Assembly (NCBI GenBank): GCA_963737155.1
Contig: CAVTRN010000001.1
Span: forward strand, 576,001-640,000
Length of the DNA stretch: 64,000 nt
Origin: Nitrospirota bacterium
Lineage (GTDB): Bacteria > Nitrospirota > UBA9217
Direction: 5' to 3'
Below are positions 20,720 to 31,056 of the stretch, piece by piece. The position numbers and the translations under genes were made by a program. The first letter of the stretch is position 1. Each line of letters begins with the position of its first letter. The notes under the pieces were generated by a model. It was not told the origin of the DNA, ran no database searches, and worked only from the letters and a program-made list of their open reading frames with translations.

Positions 20720-21744
20720 AATCGGCCCGGTCGCGAATCACATGATAAAAAGGCTCTTTTTCTTTTGGTGTGAATTGAATTCCCGAGGGGCAGAAATCAA
20801 AAAATGGTCTTTATCTCTCGTATTCGCAGCCTTATCGCCGACATTCGTTAAACAACAATAGAGAAGCACAGGAAGAGAACGAACATACCCCGCCGCTAAA
20901 TCGCTTGCGCAATTTTGACGGGTGTTTCACGGTTTTCAACAGATACGTTCCGAAGGCTTTCGCACCTAGTTCGTCTTTATTACCAACTCTCCGCGCGTCA
21001 CTTCGGCTGGTTCCCTGTCTGGTTCTTTCTTGTTCTGTTTGCCGGCCAGACGTCTTTTTGAAAGTCAATCGATCAGCCAATACATTGAAGAAGCTCCCGT
21101 TGTGCCCACTAAAAACGCTGGCCCCGTTACAAAGGGCCTGGAAGACACCTTATACTATAACGGCGATAGAACTTTGTCTTTGAACCGGGCTTATTGTTGG
21201 CCGCTTGGGATTGTGGCTCTAACCAGCGAAAGGGAGTGATCCTAAAACGTGTAGGATTACCGAGACTAGGGGAGTCTGGCATTATAAATTAGCCGTTGGC
21301 GACCCATCCATTGCGAGAGTTTCTCTTTTGTTCTGTCTGGGCCCAGAATTGGATACCGTTTGATAAACTCATATATATCTTGCAAGTGACACTAGTTCAG
21401 TGACAATATACGTTTAGAGTGAGAATATTGCGATTGCAGCCTCTGACAATGAAAACCTGCGCAAAGGTATAGCAAACCACTCCGCATTTCCTTCTCCTCG
21501 CACTCCGCGCCAGACAGGGGAAATGTGCGTCCATTGTTCAAAAGCAAAGGTCGGACAGGGATCAGGCTGACAGCATTTGATGCGCTTCTCAACCATATCT
21601 GGTCGGGTAGCGTGCCACTATGGCTAAACGCGATATCTCTAGCCGTTGCTTATACAGTTAGCATTAGTTGTTATTCGAGAGACTTTCAACTGAATAAAGC
21701 CGTGGATCGGGAGATCCACGGCTTTATCATTATTCCTCTCACCT

Positions 21745-21997
21745 TCATCAAGCATGCTGAGAGCAACAGATCACGTTGTCATGCCATTACGCTTATAATC
21801 AAGCGTCATTATTCCACGGCGGCCCTTCTTTATGAGCAGGCCAAGCGGAATCCGATCGAGCGGTTGATTTCGATTCTTTTCACCCACGCGCAAGAACAGC
21901 GCTTTGTCCAGTGGATTTAAAAGATGCCCGCGATGTCGTTCAGTTTTTTCCTGAAAGTGCCTGTCCCGGTTCAGCTCAAATAACGTGACGAGATGAT
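21745..21997 (-). mobile_element. Degraded IS630-family transposase fragment
   Basis: Manual translation across frameshifts gives HLVTLFELNRDRHFQEKLNDIAG..LNPLDKALFLRVGEK..QPLDR..GL..GRRGIMTLDYKRNGMTT*..ALSMLD, matching IS630 YLNPP..LCVDEKSQIQALDR..MTHDYKRNGTT. Confidence 0.8.
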
Positions 21998-22004
21998 GCT
22001 GAGA

Positions 22005-23303
22005 TTATCCTGAAATCATATTCACCAGGTCCGATAACATCTCATCCGTAGTGGTGATCACTTTCGAGTTAGCCTCGTAACTGCGTTGCGCAGTAATCAT
22101 ATCGACAAACTGATCGTCCAGGTCCACGTTTGATTCTTCAAGGGTGCTCGACGATATCGTCCCGAGGCCAGATGAGTTAGCTGTACCAACAATGGGTGCA
22201 CCGGAAGTAGTTGACTGGCTATAGAGGTCACTGCCATCGCTAGTCAAGTCGTCCTCCGCCATAAACCGACTGAGCGCTACCTGTCCAATCGTCTGCGTCT
22301 GGCCGTTTGTGAAAACGCCACTTATAACACCAGCATTAGATACGCTCACACTCTGGAGGGAACCGGACGCATAACCGTTTTGGGTGACGTCAGAGACTGA
22401 AAACCCGCTACTTCCAAACTGCGTTGACATGTTTAAACCTGTATCTCCGTCTGCGGTGCCGCCACCATAATTGAAGGTGATTGCCTGAGGAGTTGTGACT
22501 GCTCCGCCAAAAGTAAAGTTTATTGGCGTTCCGCTGTTGTCCTGTTTGAGGGAACCATTTGCGTTAAATGTCAGGTCCTGTGTTCCCGCAAGAATAAAGT
22601 CCCCAGGATTGGCCGGGTCCGCCTCCACGTAGTTGACCGTCCAAGCGTTGGGACCGGTATTCACAAAATACTGCGTTATCTGGTGGGCGCCACCCTGTGA
22701 ATCATACACGGTTACGGAGTTTGAAGAATTGTAATTGGCGGGATCGTTGTTGACTCCAGTGCCATTGCCGTTCAGAGTAAATGGGGAGGCTGGCGGTGTT
22801 GCAGTTGCATCAAGGTTTGCTGACACACTTACTGTAGACGTGGGACTTGGCTGGCTTTCGTCTTCCCCAACATTCAGATTCCCAATCGTACCGGTGATAT
22901 CACCTGTCGCATTTGCGAGGTACCCTTGCAGAATTGCACCATCAGGGTTCACGATGTTGCCATTCTGATCCAGCGAAAACTGTCCCGCCGTTGTATAGTA
23001 CGTTGTGTTGCCCTGATTCACCATGAACATGCCATCACCATTTATGGCCATGTCCAGAGGATTGGACTCGGTCTCAAGCGTGCCCTCAGAGAAGATAGGC
23101 GATACATTCATTACATCGACGCCAAGGCCGACCTGCGATGTGATACCGCCATTGGACAAACTTTGGCTCAGCACATCGCCAAAATTAACTTCGCTTTCTT
23201 GGAACCCTACCGTATTCATGTTCGCAATATTGTTTCCTATCACCGAGAGATCAGTACTGCTGGCATCCATGCCGCTTGCTGCCGTATATAATGCGTTCAA
23301 CAT
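22005..23303 (-). CDS. flgE: Flagellar hook protein FlgE
   Basis: VIGNNIANMNTVGF, LDMAINGDG, VYDSQG and LEESNVDL..MITAQRSYEANSKVITT motifs. Confidence 0.95.
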   Translation of the reverse strand: MLNALYTAASGMDASSTDLSVIGNNIANMNTVGFQESEVNFGDVLSQSLSNGGITSQVGLGVDVMNVSPIFSEGTLETESNPLDMAINGDGMFMVNQGNTTYYTTAGQFSLDQNGNIVNPDGAILQGYLANATGDITGTIGNLNVGEDESQPSPTSTVSVSANLDATATPPASPFTLNGNGTGVNNDPANYNSSNSVTVYDSQGGAHQITQYFVNTGPNAWTVNYVEADPANPGDFILAGTQDLTFNANGSLKQDNSGTPINFTFGGAVTTPQAITFNYGGGTADGDTGLNMSTQFGSSGFSVSDVTQNGYASGSLQSVSVSNAGVISGVFTNGQTQTIGQVALSRFMAEDDLTSDGSDLYSQSTTSGAPIVGTANSSGLGTISSSTLEESNVDLDDQFVDMITAQRSYEANSKVITTTDEMLSDLVNMISG

Positions 23304-23304
23304 A

Positions 23305-23988
23305 TTATGACCCTCCTAAAATTTCCTGAATATCACTGAGCTGAATTTGCTCACCATTGTCCAAAATTAAATACGTTATATTGTTGCTGTTGGTAACGGC
23401 AGTAACAGTGCCTGACGTAAGCGTCGATGCGGTGACCGCATTGCCCGAGCTGTCCGCAGCCGTAACCGCAAAAGTGTATTGGCCAGACGGTAACGTATTT
23501 CCGTTTGAGTCATTCCCGTTCCAGGTATAGCTGTTTGCGCCGGCATTCTCGTTTCCGAGCACTTGCGTATTCACGAGGGTCCCGGATGAATTATAAATAG
23601 AAACGGTGACTTTTGCAGCATTGCCCGCCAGCGTATAATTCAGACTGGCCTGCCCGTTGAGTGTAACCGTATTTCCCGTAGCAACGACATTATCTCCGAT
23701 CAAGCCGGCTGCCGTCGTATTTTGAAGCGATGACTGTGAGGACGCCATATTCGTTAACTGTGTGTTGATATCCGTGAGTTGCTCCACAGAGGCGAACTGG
23801 GCCATCTGCGCCGCCATATCCGAACTATCCGATGGGTTTAGCGGGTCCTGATTCTGAAGTTCGGTGGTCAAAAGCGACAGAAAATCGTTCTCATTCAGGG
23901 TCTGTAAGGAACCTCCTGTTGAGGCTGAACTTTGTGATGATGTGGTGCTTAGTGACTGCGGTGTGTTTGTAACATTAGCTATTGCCAT
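23305..23988 (-). CDS. flgD: Hook capping protein FlgD
   Basis: FLSLLTTELQNQDPLNP, AQFASVEQ and the FlgD Ig WNGNDSNG motif; start 23988 or 23994. Confidence 0.95.
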   Translation of the reverse strand: MAIANVTNTPQSLSTTSSQSSASTGGSLQTLNENDFLSLLTTELQNQDPLNPSDSSDMAAQMAQFASVEQLTDINTQLTNMASSQSSLQNTTAAGLIGDNVVATGNTVTLNGQASLNYTLAGNAAKVTVSIYNSSGTLVNTQVLGNENAGANSYTWNGNDSNGNTLPSGQYTFAVTAADSSGNAVTASTLTSGTVTAVTNSNNITYLILDNGEQIQLSDIQEILGGS

Positions 23989-24066
23989 GGTCATTCCTCC
24001 TTAATCTAAAACTACATGAATCTTAACCGTGAAATTTCACTTTGTAAATTACGAGATAGTTTCATA

Positions 24067-25305
24067 TCAAACAAAGATGCTTAAAAGCCCAAGAGCATTG
24101 GACGAACCGGAATTTTTCAATGCCTGTTGAGCAGAAGCACTGTTTTGTTCTCCGCCCTGACTGCCTTGTTCCCCTTCAGCGTTCCCGTTCCAGGTGCCTT
24201 TTTGGTTCAGAGACACCGAAAAACCTCCAATGCTAAGACCCTCCCCTGCAAGAGCATTCATCATCTGCTGCTTGTTGTTTTCGATCAGGGTTTTGGTGGC
24301 ATCGTTGGACACATGTATCTGGGCACTGACGGTACCTTTATTTAGACTAAGGTTGATGTTTAGTTTACCAAGGCCGTCAGGTTCGAGTTTTACTGCCAGC
24401 TGGTTCCCGTCCTTCACGATCGAGACGGTGTGATCAAAAATATCTGCCTGATCTGTCCCCTGCTGTTGAAGAGGTGCAGGACTTGACGATGCATCAGCAT
24501 TTCGTACAATAGCTGTGAAAGCCGGTTGATGCTGAACGGAGGACTGAACAGATAACTGAGCTGAGGATTGAACCGAAGACTGAACAGAGCCTTGGCCCTG
24601 TTGCATCAACGTTAAAAAATCATTTTTTACAAGTGATGGGTCATTCTGGTCTTTTCCCCGGGTTCCTTCCTCGCCCGTGCCCTGCCCCGTCTTCGCATCG
24701 GTATCCTGCTGAAGCAAGATCATATTGTAATCCGTATAATCCGAACCAGACTCTGGGTTAGACGCTGATTGCACCGATTTTTTTGTAGCATCATCCCGTT
24801 CGGGAGTAGTCCCTGATGTACCGGTTCTTTCCGACGTAGACGTCATCTCGGGTTTTCCCGGCATGGCTGCGGTCTCGGTTTTTATCGGAGGGAGTTCCGT
24901 TGTCATGGATTTCGGTTGAGAGGGAATATTCTGTTTGACTTTTTCGTCAACGTTAAACTGTTCAGAAAACGGTGCAACTGCTGTCGGGACATCCGCTTGC
25001 TTCTGTCCATCGGAGACCGGGTAGGACTGGTCAGTTGGCGGCAGCAATGGTACCTGAGCTTGTGCGATAAGCGCCGCAGAGTCGTTTTTGCCGGAGACCG
25101 CTGATCCAGTCGCTGTAGCCTGGCTCGCATCCGGCGTGACCTGCTGGCTATTCTGCATGATCGATCCTAGCATTTGGGCCATCAATGTTTCAAAGACAGT
25201 GTCTGATGCGCCCGTTCCTGCATCCGGTCCCTCATCGCTGGCGCTTGACTTGGACACGCTTTGATTTGCAGTACCTTCTCCAGTATTAGCGACCGAGATA
25301 TCCAT
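24067..25305 (-). CDS. fliK: Hook-length control protein FliK
   Basis: Low-complexity N-terminus and C-terminal LEPDGLGKLNINL domain; ATG 25305 lies just downstream of a sigma54 box, so the ORF-track start at 25440 is unlikely. Confidence 0.85.
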   Translation of the reverse strand: MDISVANTGEGTANQSVSKSSASDEGPDAGTGASDTVFETLMAQMLGSIMQNSQQVTPDASQATATGSAVSGKNDSAALIAQAQVPLLPPTDQSYPVSDGQKQADVPTAVAPFSEQFNVDEKVKQNIPSQPKSMTTELPPIKTETAAMPGKPEMTSTSERTGTSGTTPERDDATKKSVQSASNPESGSDYTDYNMILLQQDTDAKTGQGTGEEGTRGKDQNDPSLVKNDFLTLMQQGQGSVQSSVQSSAQLSVQSSVQHQPAFTAIVRNADASSSPAPLQQQGTDQADIFDHTVSIVKDGNQLAVKLEPDGLGKLNINLSLNKGTVSAQIHVSNDATKTLIENNKQQMMNALAGEGLSIGGFSVSLNQKGTWNGNAEGEQGSQGGEQNSASAQQALKNSGSSNALGLLSIFV

Positions 25306-25320
25306 AGTACTCACAGAGAG

Positions 25321-25336
25321 AGCAACTCCCGTGCCA
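25321..25336 (-). promoter_or_regulatory. Sigma-54 promoter of fliK-flgD-flgE
   Basis: Minus strand reads TGGCAC-GGGAG-TTGCT. Confidence 0.8.
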
Positions 25337-25599
25337 GGCAGATACGGCGGACGCCTAGACACTTCAACTGATTGAAAATATGCTGCAATACAATTGCGGT
25401 CTTGAAAAAAAAGATCATCATCGAGGCAGGTACAGATCATTTTTTGCCTGACAGGGAAATTTTTTCTTACCTCGGCATCGGATCACAGTATCACCGAAAT
25501 ACTTGAGAAAAAATGTCGAGACCAGCAGGAGAAAAGAGTCCCGGGCAACCATCCTGAGTTGCCCACTGCGCAGCAGAATGGATCGTGAACTCAATTTTT

Positions 25600-25626
25600 T
25601 AAAGTTCCAATCCGTTTCGCCGATAA
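25600..25626 (+). promoter_or_regulatory. Sigma-28 promoter of the HDOD gene
   Basis: TAAAGTTC-N11-GCCGATAA. Confidence 0.85.
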
Positions 25627-25660
25627 GAAAGGAGGAAGGGGCCATCTCAGCAGGACACCT

Positions 25661-26494
25661 ATGACGGAACTCAAGGTAAAACGCTATATAAAAAATCTGC
25701 GTGATCTGCCGACAACTCCAGCGTTGTTGGAAAAGATCCTTTCTCTAATCGAGAATGACGAGTCATCTACCAATGAACTTTGCCTGATGATTTCCCATGA
25801 CCAAGCCATGGCCCAGCGCGTACTCAAGGTCGCCAATTCCGTTCTGTTCGCGCACTCCGGGGAAATTACCAATATTGATCAGGCTCTTCTTTTCCTCGGG
25901 ATAGACCGCATCAAGTCCATTGCCGTCGGCATGTCGGTCATGCATATTTTCCCCTCCAGGGGATCGTTCAAGATCGAGAATCTCTGGCTCCACAGCTATG
26001 AAGTCGCCTTTATCTCATCTCTGCTCTCGGAAGCCATTTCCATTACGCAGCCGCAGGACTGTTTTCTTGCCGGGTTGCTCCATGACATCGGCCGTATCAT
26101 TTTTTACAATATGGACAACAAACGCTTTCACCGGATAGAGACTACAGACACGCTGCTGGATCAGGAGATGGAGCAGTACGGCTGCACACATCCGCAGGCG
26201 GGAGCGTGGTTTGCCGAGGAAGTCGGCTTGCCAAATAGTATTATTACCGCTATCAAGTATCACCACCTGCCGTCGGCTGCGCCTGAGGAAATGCACCTCG
26301 TCTCCCTTGTTTCGCTGGCCGGAGCTTTGACACGGATGTTCACGCCCCGTGTGGAGGACGACGGCATCTGGACGCAGGAACACAACGCCATACTCCTTGA
26401 GTTCGCGCTGACTCAAGAACAAATTCACAATATCGGCAGAGTATACGCTCAAGCACGGGCCGGCATAGAAAATTTCTTTGCCTCTTCGAAATAA
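25661..26494 (+). CDS. HDOD domain protein
   Basis: LPTTP, DQAMAQRVLKVANS, LWLHS, AGLLHDIG and AIKYHH motifs. Confidence 0.9.
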   Translation: MTELKVKRYIKNLRDLPTTPALLEKILSLIENDESSTNELCLMISHDQAMAQRVLKVANSVLFAHSGEITNIDQALLFLGIDRIKSIAVGMSVMHIFPSRGSFKIENLWLHSYEVAFISSLLSEAISITQPQDCFLAGLLHDIGRIIFYNMDNKRFHRIETTDTLLDQEMEQYGCTHPQAGAWFAEEVGLPNSIITAIKYHHLPSAAPEEMHLVSLVSLAGALTRMFTPRVEDDGIWTQEHNAILLEFALTQEQIHNIGRVYAQARAGIENFFASSK

Positions 26495-26778
26495 ACGAAA
26501 CAGCAACTCTAGTTCTGGTCATCCATTTTTCTCGTACATCACAGCACTATGCATTTTGCCTGCTATCCACATCGAAAACCAGATTCTTTAGCCAAAAAAA
26601 TGACGTTTATTTTGCCTTCTTCTTGATCCTTTTTTTTCTGCGCTTGTCTGTGTCGTTTACCTTCTTTTCAAACAATACCTGCTAACTATTTGAATTAATT
26701 ATATTATAATTACTTAACATTCTATCACATGAGAATAAAGTTATTTATTTAGTCCATATCTTTTGCTCATTATATCAA

Positions 26779-26794
26779 TGGCACATCTTTTGCT
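26779..26794 (+). promoter_or_regulatory. Sigma-54 promoter
   Basis: TGGCAC-ATCTT-TTGCT after an AT-rich tract. Confidence 0.8.
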
Positions 26795-26887
26795 CTATAT
26801 AGAAGCGTAGACTCGGCTGTCACAAAACAGCCACTTGTTGGTCGGCTAAATCTAGTATCTAAAGGTTGTGCTTAAGGAGTGCAAACA

Positions 26888-27040
26888 ATGCCTATAGAAC
26901 CTATGGGAAAAATCAACGAAACACAGATTATTCGTCATCAAGAAGGGGCAACCTCGAAACAGAAAAAAAAAGAGACACCCCAGAAAAAAAACCCGGCAAA
27001 AGAATCCGAAAAGTCCGGAAGGATAGACATCAAAATTTGA
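26888..27040 (+). CDS. 50-aa small protein missed by the ORF track
   Basis: AAGGAG RBS; MPIEPMGKINETQIIRHQEGATSKQKKKETPQKKNPAKESEKSGRIDIKI; stop is 1 nt before the next ATG. Confidence 0.65.
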   Translation: MPIEPMGKINETQIIRHQEGATSKQKKKETPQKKNPAKESEKSGRIDIKI

Positions 27041-27041
27041 T

Positions 27042-27575
27042 ATGGGAACCAACGTTATTACAACCAATAGGAAGTCAGGTTTGGAAAAGGAAAAACAGAT
27101 CCTGAACCTCGAACTTACCGAGATCCGGGAAATATCGGAGCTCATATTCATGAAGCTTGAGAAGAAGATCGAGGCCATCCAGACCCTTGAATCGTCGGTG
27201 GACAAAAAATTAAACCTGCTCATTCAGCGGGCTGAGGCTATCGACAAAAAGATGCAGGCCGAAGAGGGTCTTGCCGCTTCCCTGGAAAAAAAGAAGACTG
27301 ATCTGGAACAGCTGATCCGGCGTGCTGAAGCACTCGAAAACAACCTGCAGTCGAAGGAGAAAATTGCTGGTTCAATAGAAAAGAAAATATCGGACCTTCA
27401 TCGGTTGAATCTGCAACCCGAAGCGCTGAAACCACAGGTTGGCAGCTCAAGCCGCCATCAGGAGATCGTTGCGCTCAGCCGGAAAGCACTCTCTTCCCGG
27501 GAAATAGCTGAAGTTCTCGACATGCCATTGGGCGAGGTCGAACTCATTCTTGATCTCTCTCTCCAGCAGGCATGA
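27042..27575 (+). CDS. Flagellar-locus coiled-coil protein with a C-terminal HTH-like motif (DUF2802/DUF6115-like)
   Basis: Coiled coil with internal repeats, ending in EIAEVLDMPLGEVELILDL. Confidence 0.75.
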   Translation: MGTNVITTNRKSGLEKEKQILNLELTEIREISELIFMKLEKKIEAIQTLESSVDKKLNLLIQRAEAIDKKMQAEEGLAASLEKKKTDLEQLIRRAEALENNLQSKEKIAGSIEKKISDLHRLNLQPEALKPQVGSSSRHQEIVALSRKALSSREIAEVLDMPLGEVELILDLSLQQA

Positions 27576-27714
27576 GATAAATCTTGCCGTAGGGGAAATT
27601 TTTTCCCCCTGATTCGGATTTGCCGAGGTCATTATTCTTACCCGATCCTGCTAAACGACGCATGTGTGGCTGATTTTCCATGATTATCGGAATTGTGCCC
27701 GCCGAACGAAAAGA

Positions 27715-27730
27715 TGGCATAGTACTTGCT
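27715..27730 (+). promoter_or_regulatory. Sigma-54 promoter of flgFG
   Basis: TGGCAT-AGTAC-TTGCT. Confidence 0.8.
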
Positions 27731-27746
27731 GATATAAGGAAGTAAC

Positions 27747-28481
27747 ATGTATAAAGGAATTTACATAGCAGTCTCCGGAGCGGTCTTAAAACAGACGCAG
27801 CTCGATGTACTCAGCCAGAATCTCGCTAATGCGAATACCGCTGGCTATAAGAAAGACACGCTTTCCTTTAAGGATTATCTCTTCCAACCAGAACCAAGCT
27901 CCACTCCTGACGGCCGAGACATGGCAGATTATTCCGGTTCCAAAACAGACCTGTCAAACGGAAACACCGTCAGCACGGGTAACGATTTCGACATCGCAAT
28001 TGAAGGCAGCGGTTTTATAGCTCTCGAAGGGGGTCAGTATACTCGCGGTGGCAACCTGAGAAAAAACAGCGAAGGCTACCTTACTACCAGTGACGGCATC
28101 AAGGTCCTTGGCCAAGGCGGACCAATCAATATACCTGCCGACAGCATCAAGGTCAGCATAGACCTTCAGGGCAATGTATCGGTTATTACAGCAGGCAGTC
28201 CTCTGCCATCGCAAGTTGATACCATAAAAATTGTAGATTTCGGTCCTGGTGCAAACCTCACCAAGGCAGGAGATGGCCTGTTCACGGCCGACGCCGGTTC
28301 AGGTACAACATCGACATCTACGATAAAGCAGGGATATCTGGAAACGTCGAATGTAAACGTTGTGAAGGAAATGGTACAGATGATCCAGGCAATGCGTGAA
28401 TTCGAAACATATCAAAAAGCCATTCAGGCTTTTGACAGCGCAACATCAAAAGTAACGAATGATTTAGGGAGGCTATCATAA
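27747..28481 (+). CDS. flgF: Basal-body rod protein FlgF
   Basis: [18 protein letters not shown] and LETSNVN motifs; precedes flgG. Confidence 0.9.
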   Translation: MYKGIYIAVSGAVLKQTQLDVLSQNLANANTAGYKKDTLSFKDYLFQPEPSSTPDGRDMADYSGSKTDLSNGNTVSTGNDFDIAIEGSGFIALEGGQYTRGGNLRKNSEGYLTTSDGIKVLGQGGPINIPADSIKVSIDLQGNVSVITAGSPLPSQVDTIKIVDFGPGANLTKAGDGLFTADAGSGTTSTSTIKQGYLETSNVNVVKEMVQMIQAMREFETYQKAIQAFDSATSKVTNDLGRLS

Positions 28482-28482
28482 T

Positions 28483-29277
28483 ATGATGAGATCATTGTAT
28501 ATCGCCGCAACAGGCATGGAAGCGCAGAATCTGAACATTGACGTAATATCCAACAACCTGGCCAACGTAAACACCAATGGTTTCAAAAAAAGCAGGCCAG
28601 CCTTCGAAGACCTCCTCTACCAGACGACCAGAACGCCTGGAGCCACCTCGGCGGAAGGCTCGCAAATCCCATCTGGAATCCAACTGGGCATGGGTGTGAA
28701 CCCGGTTGCAGTCGAAAAAATCTTTCTACAGGGCGACTTCAGCCAGACCGGCAACAGCCTGGACACTGTCATCCAGGGCAACGGTTTTTTCCAGGTACAG
28801 ATGCCAGACGGCACTACATCGTACACTCGCGCCGGTTCTTTCCAGCTTGACAGTCAGGGACGGATTGTCACCCCAGACGGATATCCGGTGGAACCGACAA
28901 TTACCGTTCCGCAAACCGCCACGAGCATCAGCATCAGTTCCGATGGAATCGTTTCAGCGGTCGAACCGGGAACCACTACGCCCGCCCAGCTTGGTCAGAT
29001 ACAACTCGCAAATTTTATAAATCCAGCGGGTCTAAGCGCGCTCGGATCAAATCTTTTCCAGCAGACAGCATCATCGGGAGATCCTGTAACCGGCAATCCC
29101 GGAGCAAATGGATTAGGCACCATCCTGCAAGGCTCTGTTGAAATGAGCAATGTCAATGTGGTCGAGGAAATGGTGAATATGATCGCGGCCCAGCGCGCCT
29201 ATGAGATGAACTCCAAGACAATCCAGGCGGCCAACGAAATGCTTCAAGTAGCGAACAACTTGGGGCAGACTACTTAA
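28483..29277 (+). CDS. flgG: Distal rod protein FlgG
   Basis: [24 protein letters not shown] and [10 protein letters not shown] motifs. Confidence 0.96.
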   Translation: MMRSLYIAATGMEAQNLNIDVISNNLANVNTNGFKKSRPAFEDLLYQTTRTPGATSAEGSQIPSGIQLGMGVNPVAVEKIFLQGDFSQTGNSLDTVIQGNGFFQVQMPDGTTSYTRAGSFQLDSQGRIVTPDGYPVEPTITVPQTATSISISSDGIVSAVEPGTTTPAQLGQIQLANFINPAGLSALGSNLFQQTASSGDPVTGNPGANGLGTILQGSVEMSNVNVVEEMVNMIAAQRAYEMNSKTIQAANEMLQVANNLGQTT

Positions 29278-29564
29278 TAAGTCGATAAAATAAAGGCCCT
29301 CAATTAACGTGAAATATTCACTGATACAGAAAAACGTTATTGAGATGGTATTATAACTTTTTTCAAACCCGAGCACAGAATCGCGCTCGACTATATCAAA
29401 AAATAGAAAATAACAAGTTCAGGGTGATCCAGCGTCGAGATGTGGTTGACGAGACCAAATATCTTTGTCTCAATGTATTGACCTGCATGCTTCCTGGTTT
29501 TGATCAAAATGGCTCAAAAACGTGCACTCGGTTAGAACTTGACGCACATAGTGAGGTAATAGTC

Positions 29565-30284
29565 ATGAGTAAGGCATGCGTCGCAAGACGGGTGGGAAAT
29601 CGGAAGGCGTGGTCGGGGTTCCTGGCTGCATCCTTTCTCTTTTTGGCAATCAGTCTTCTATCGGTGCAAACAGTTCCGGCCTCGACCGAATCATGGAGTT
29701 TTGAGCCAACGCTCCATAGCTACATTTTGCAGCACTATCCTTGGGCGGAGGTAGATATCACCGATCTCCAGCTAAGCGCAATGCCTCCGTCATACTCGCC
29801 ATCATCGGTCACCGTCGAAAAAGCGCCTCCCGGCAGGGCCAGCTTCCGCCTTGAATTCAAGGATGGTACTTCCGTAATGGCAACGGCGTTCATCAAGGTT
29901 TTTGACCACGTGGTCTTGAGCAGGTCGGCATTTCCCGGAGGATACGTATTGAAGCAGGATGACGTGTATTCAACGCTTATGGAAAGCGGCCGCATTCCCC
30001 GGGGCGCAATTCGTGTTGAGGACCAGGCCGTCGGCAAGCCACTCTACCGCGCCATTGTGCCGAACATGCCGATTACGAGCGCCATGGTCTCTGAAACACC
30101 GTTGGTCAAACGAGGGCGCAAAGTCATGATCTGCATCGAGTCCCCGGCTTTTTCCATAAAAACCGATGGTGAATTGACCCGCGATGCCGCTGTTGGCGAC
30201 TATGTGCAGACCGTCAACCTAATGTCCAAAAAAATCATAACAGGCCTACTGGTCAATGAGAACACAGTCCGTGTGGAGTACTGA
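29565..30284 (+). CDS. flgA: P-ring chaperone FlgA
   Basis: Signal-like segment, SAF domain and LVKRG..V..DAAVGD..VNLMSKKII; ATG 29565 after GAGGT. Confidence 0.85.
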   Translation: MSKACVARRVGNRKAWSGFLAASFLFLAISLLSVQTVPASTESWSFEPTLHSYILQHYPWAEVDITDLQLSAMPPSYSPSSVTVEKAPPGRASFRLEFKDGTSVMATAFIKVFDHVVLSRSAFPGGYVLKQDDVYSTLMESGRIPRGAIRVEDQAVGKPLYRAIVPNMPITSAMVSETPLVKRGRKVMICIESPAFSIKTDGELTRDAAVGDYVQTVNLMSKKIITGLLVNENTVRVEY

Positions 30285-30285
30285 A

Positions 30286-31056
30286 ATGAAGAGTCCTGAA
30301 GTCATCAGTACGAAACAAGAATACAGGGAGCAAATACAGGAGACAAAAAAAATGGTTGCCCGTCTTCTATGCTTCGCTGTCTGCTTTCTAACCCTTTCCT
30401 GTGCATCAGCGCCCAAGCTACCACCACCTCCTCCGCGGTATGTGTATGAGCACAATCAGGCAGCGGAGGTTAAGGCTAAATCGCCGATCCCGGGGACCAA
30501 CTCGCTTTGGTCTGATTCCGCTAGTCTCTACGAGGATGTAAAGGCCAGACGGCTGAATGACCTCATCACCATCAATGTGGTGGAAAACATTTCTGGTTCG
30601 GGAACGGCAAACACTGCAACAGACAAAACATCCTCTACCGTAGGGGCGGTAAATAACGTATTTGGCCTTCCGTCGAACCTGGGTTTGGCCAATCTGTACG
30701 GCAAGGGATTTACTTTTTCCCCGAACGTAAACGGATCCATGACTGACAGCTTCAAGGGCGATGGTTCTACCACCCGGGCGGGAAGCCTTGTAGGCACTAT
30801 CACGGCTAATGTTGTTGAGGTAATGCCGAACGGCAATATGGAAATTGAGTCGAGGAAAGAAATCACCATTAATAATGAAAAACAGATTCTTATCCTTCGA
30901 GGCATGGTGCGTCCTGACGATGTGGCGGTTGATAACAGTGTCTTAAGCAGCCGGGTTGCAAATGCGGAAGTTTATTTTGTCGGAAATGGCGTGGTTTCAA
31001 GTAAGCAGGATACGGGTTGGTTCGATAAAATTCTCGATAAAATATGGCCATTCTAA
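30286..31056 (+). CDS. flgH: L-ring lipoprotein FlgH
   Basis: Lipobox LTLSC, DLITINVVE, VMPNGNM and GMVRPDDV; alternative start 30352. Confidence 0.93.
   Translation: MKSPEVISTKQEYREQIQETKKMVARLLCFAVCFLTLSCASAPKLPPPPPRYVYEHNQAAEVKAKSPIPGTNSLWSDSASLYEDVKARRLNDLITINVVENISGSGTANTATDKTSSTVGAVNNVFGLPSNLGLANLYGKGFTFSPNVNGSMTDSFKGDGSTTRAGSLVGTITANVVEVMPNGNMEIESRKEITINNEKQILILRGMVRPDDVAVDNSVLSSRVANAEVYFVGNGVVSSKQDTGWFDKILDKIWPF

Noticed and set aside
20720-21740. Short ORFs downstream of the second MCP
   Set aside because: No recognisable motifs or RBS; probably decayed sequence.
29510-29526. Sigma54 promoter for flgA (TGGCTC-AAAAA-CGTGC)
   Set aside because: GG-to-GC spacing is one base too long for a functional -24/-12 element.
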